Source of the DNA: Gammaproteobacteria bacterium
GTDB taxonomy: Bacteria > Pseudomonadota > Gammaproteobacteria > UBA4575
Length of the DNA: 64,000 nt
Direction of reading: 5' to 3'
Assembly (NCBI GenBank): GCA_965222615.1
Contig: CBDCUI010000007.1
Span: 448,001-512,000, forward strand
The number at the start of each line of letters is the position of its first letter. Within the stretch, counting starts at the first letter, position 1. Under the pieces are notes generated by a model. The model was not told where the DNA came from. It searched no databases and saw only the letters and a program-made list of their open reading frames with translations. Shown here one piece after another: positions 61,987-64,000 of this stretch. The position numbers were made by a program, and so were the translations under genes.

Positions 61987-63567
61987 ATGAATAAGATTAA
62001 ACTACTCTCCCAAATCTTAAGACATAAATATATATTTTCTGCAGTTATTTTTTCTATCCTTGCAATAGGAACATTTGTAATACAAATGCTGCCAGAAATT
62101 TACGCGGTGAACTCTCGTCTTGGTATCAGTGGTGGCGATCTCAATTGGGAAAATACGAATGGCGGCATTGTGACACAAAGTAACCGCCTTGCTAGAAAAT
62201 TTTACGCGACACGTGATCATCTTATGTCAACTTCACAAATAAAAGAGATGCTGACAAAATTTGGCTTAATTAGCGAAGACATGGATGACGAAGAAATATT
62301 AAATGAAGTCAAGAGCTTTATTCAAAGTACTAATCTTGAAATGGTAGAAGGAGAGGTAATCAATCCTTACTCCGGGAAAGAAGGAAAGATGGAAACCGGT
62401 GTAAAGATAGTATATGAAAATATATCACCAGAATTGGCATACAAGATTACCGATGAACTAACACAAAGGTTTTTAACGATTAGTGAAACTACAAGTTCTA
62501 CAATAGGAAAGGAAAAAGTTAATTACCTAAAAAAGCAGCTAGATTTAGTTGGCCAACAAATTCTAGAAATAGATGAAGAAATAGCAAGTTATAAGAATGA
62601 ACATGCCTTATCATCTCCAGAGTTACACCCTGTATTATTAAGTCGCTACAATGAACTACAATTAAAAATTGATCAGTCTAATAAACTTTTATCCGATTTA
62701 AAACGAAGAGAAAGCGAAATACGCGCAGATCTTGCTACAACTAACAATCAAGCCTTCCTCTATGCTGCAGACGGATCTCGTGTATTAGGGATTGATGAAA
62801 GATTAACTATCTTAAAACTAGAATATGCGGATAAGTCTTCACGCTATTCCCCATCGCATCCAGATATTAAGAAGTTAAAACAAGAGATCGAGGTCTTAGA
62901 AAAAAGTCAAAATGGTTATGACACAGCGGGAATCGAGGTAGAGCTTGCTGAGACAACTAAAAAACTAAAACAATTACAGGCACAATATAAAAATAATCAC
63001 CCGGACATTGCATGGCTTAAGAGCAAACAAAAGAAACTCCAAGATACTCTGGCATTAGCTAGAACGAGTAATAATCGCTTGCCTTCTTCAAGGCCTAGTA
63101 ATCCACTCTACGCACGAACCTTGACACGACTTGAAAGTGTACAAGACGAGTATAGAGAGACATTAATAGATAAGGAACGTTTGATAAAAGAACATAAAGA
63201 AATTGAAAATCAGATTGGTGTGATTCCATTAGTTCAGAAAACACTTTTACAATTTGAACGCGCGAAAGAGCAAGCTGAATCGAAATATGCAGAGTTAGAG
63301 AGTGCATTTCTTCAGGCAGAATTAACTAATAGTCTTAGTGATACAAATCTTTCTGAGCGATTTGAACTTATTCAACCACCACAGTATCCTTTGCATCCTG
63401 TTAAACCACGCAAAGATATTCTACGATTGGTGCTATTACTGCTGGCTGCTGCAGGTGGTCTTGCTGCAGTGCTTCTTCTCGATGTCTTAAATGACAGAAT
63501 TTGGGGTAAAGCAGATTTAAAACAGTGTGTTGATGGTCCTATTTATCACATACCTGAGTTAAATTAA
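61987..63567 (+). CDS. Polysaccharide co-polymerase (Wzc/GumC membrane component)
   Basis: N-terminal TM, coiled coils, Y...HPD(I) repeats and ERFELIQPP..P..P.KP followed by a TM. Confidence 0.88.
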   Translation: MNKIKLLSQILRHKYIFSAVIFSILAIGTFVIQMLPEIYAVNSRLGISGGDLNWENTNGGIVTQSNRLARKFYATRDHLMSTSQIKEMLTKFGLISEDMDDEEILNEVKSFIQSTNLEMVEGEVINPYSGKEGKMETGVKIVYENISPELAYKITDELTQRFLTISETTSSTIGKEKVNYLKKQLDLVGQQILEIDEEIASYKNEHALSSPELHPVLLSRYNELQLKIDQSNKLLSDLKRRESEIRADLATTNNQAFLYAADGSRVLGIDERLTILKLEYADKSSRYSPSHPDIKKLKQEIEVLEKSQNGYDTAGIEVELAETTKKLKQLQAQYKNNHPDIAWLKSKQKKLQDTLALARTSNNRLPSSRPSNPLYARTLTRLESVQDEYRETLIDKERLIKEHKEIENQIGVIPLVQKTLLQFERAKEQAESKYAELESAFLQAELTNSLSDTNLSERFELIQPPQYPLHPVKPRKDILRLVLLLLAAAGGLAAVLLLDVLNDRIWGKADLKQCVDGPIYHIPELN

Positions 63568-63599
63568 CAGTCAACGTACAGTACAATTTCTATATTCAA

Positions 63600-64000
63600 A
63601 TGGATACTAAGATAAGAAAACAAAGTGCAGCTATTAGCAGTAATAACGTGCATAGTTTAGACAATGTTAATTATACCATTGAAGAGATTACCCTTAATAG
63701 AACTAGAAGAATTCCAATCAATGTAAAACGTCTTAAGAAAAAGAAAATATATATAGATGCCGAAGATAAAAAAACTGCAGTAGCGATCAGTGCCTATCGT
63801 CATCTTAGAACCAGTATGTTAAAGGCACTAGACAAAATTGGTGGTCAAGTGCTTCTTGTTACAGGACCAACAGCTGGCGTTGGTAAAACTACTACTGCAA
63901 TCAATTTAGCGATATCAATTGCTAGGGGAAGTCAACGTACAGCTATTCTAATTGACCTTGATTTGAGAAGACCAAGTGTGCATAAAATTTTTGATTACCA
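63600..64000 (+). CDS. CpsD/CapB-family bacterial tyrosine kinase, 3' end outside the window
   Basis: Not in the ORF track. From the ATG at 63600: AYRHLRT, VTGPTAGVGKTTTAINLA (Walker A) and LIDLDLRRPSVH (Walker A'). Confidence 0.9.
   Translation, partial: MDTKIRKQSAAISSNNVHSLDNVNYTIEEITLNRTRRIPINVKRLKKKKIYIDAEDKKTAVAISAYRHLRTSMLKALDKIGGQVLLVTGPTAGVGKTTTAINLAISIARGSQRTAILIDLDLRRPSVHKIFDY

Noticed and set aside
51900-64000. AT-rich right end as an intact mobile genomic island
   Set aside because: The composition shift and tRNA are suggestive, but no integrase, transposase or long att duplication is visible in the window.

Overview
AT-rich chromosomal window from a (probably marine) gammaproteobacterium; the taxonomy is inferred from gene order. 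It is mostly housekeeping: argH (partial), algZ/fimS-algR-hemCDXY, a ten-gene Mrp-type Na+/H+ antiporter operon, gmk-rpoZ-spoT-ridA-recG, a large phosphate regulon cluster (phoBR, pstSCAB-phoU, OprO/P porin, dgkA, ppk1/ppx, with visible Pho boxes), gspAB and pntAB. The AT-richer right end carries a Ser/Thr kinase, tRNA-Pro(CGG), a UbiA-GtrA-(decayed HAD)-GT-C surface glycosylation module, a GH50 hydrolase and the start of a Wzc-type polysaccharide locus. The most notable unexplained items are: a tandem pair of hypothetical paralogues with a shared N-terminal helical domain and a C-terminal HTH-like domain (24878-26693); the phosphoribosyl-lipid glycosylation cassette; about seven copies of a 95-150 bp intergenic palindromic element; a GGA-loop multi-hairpin region; a covarying tRNA-linked repeat; and two gene remnants plus one small gene missed by the ORF track. 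No CRISPR array, transposase or integrase was seen. All family assignments come from motif recognition by eye, not from database searches.
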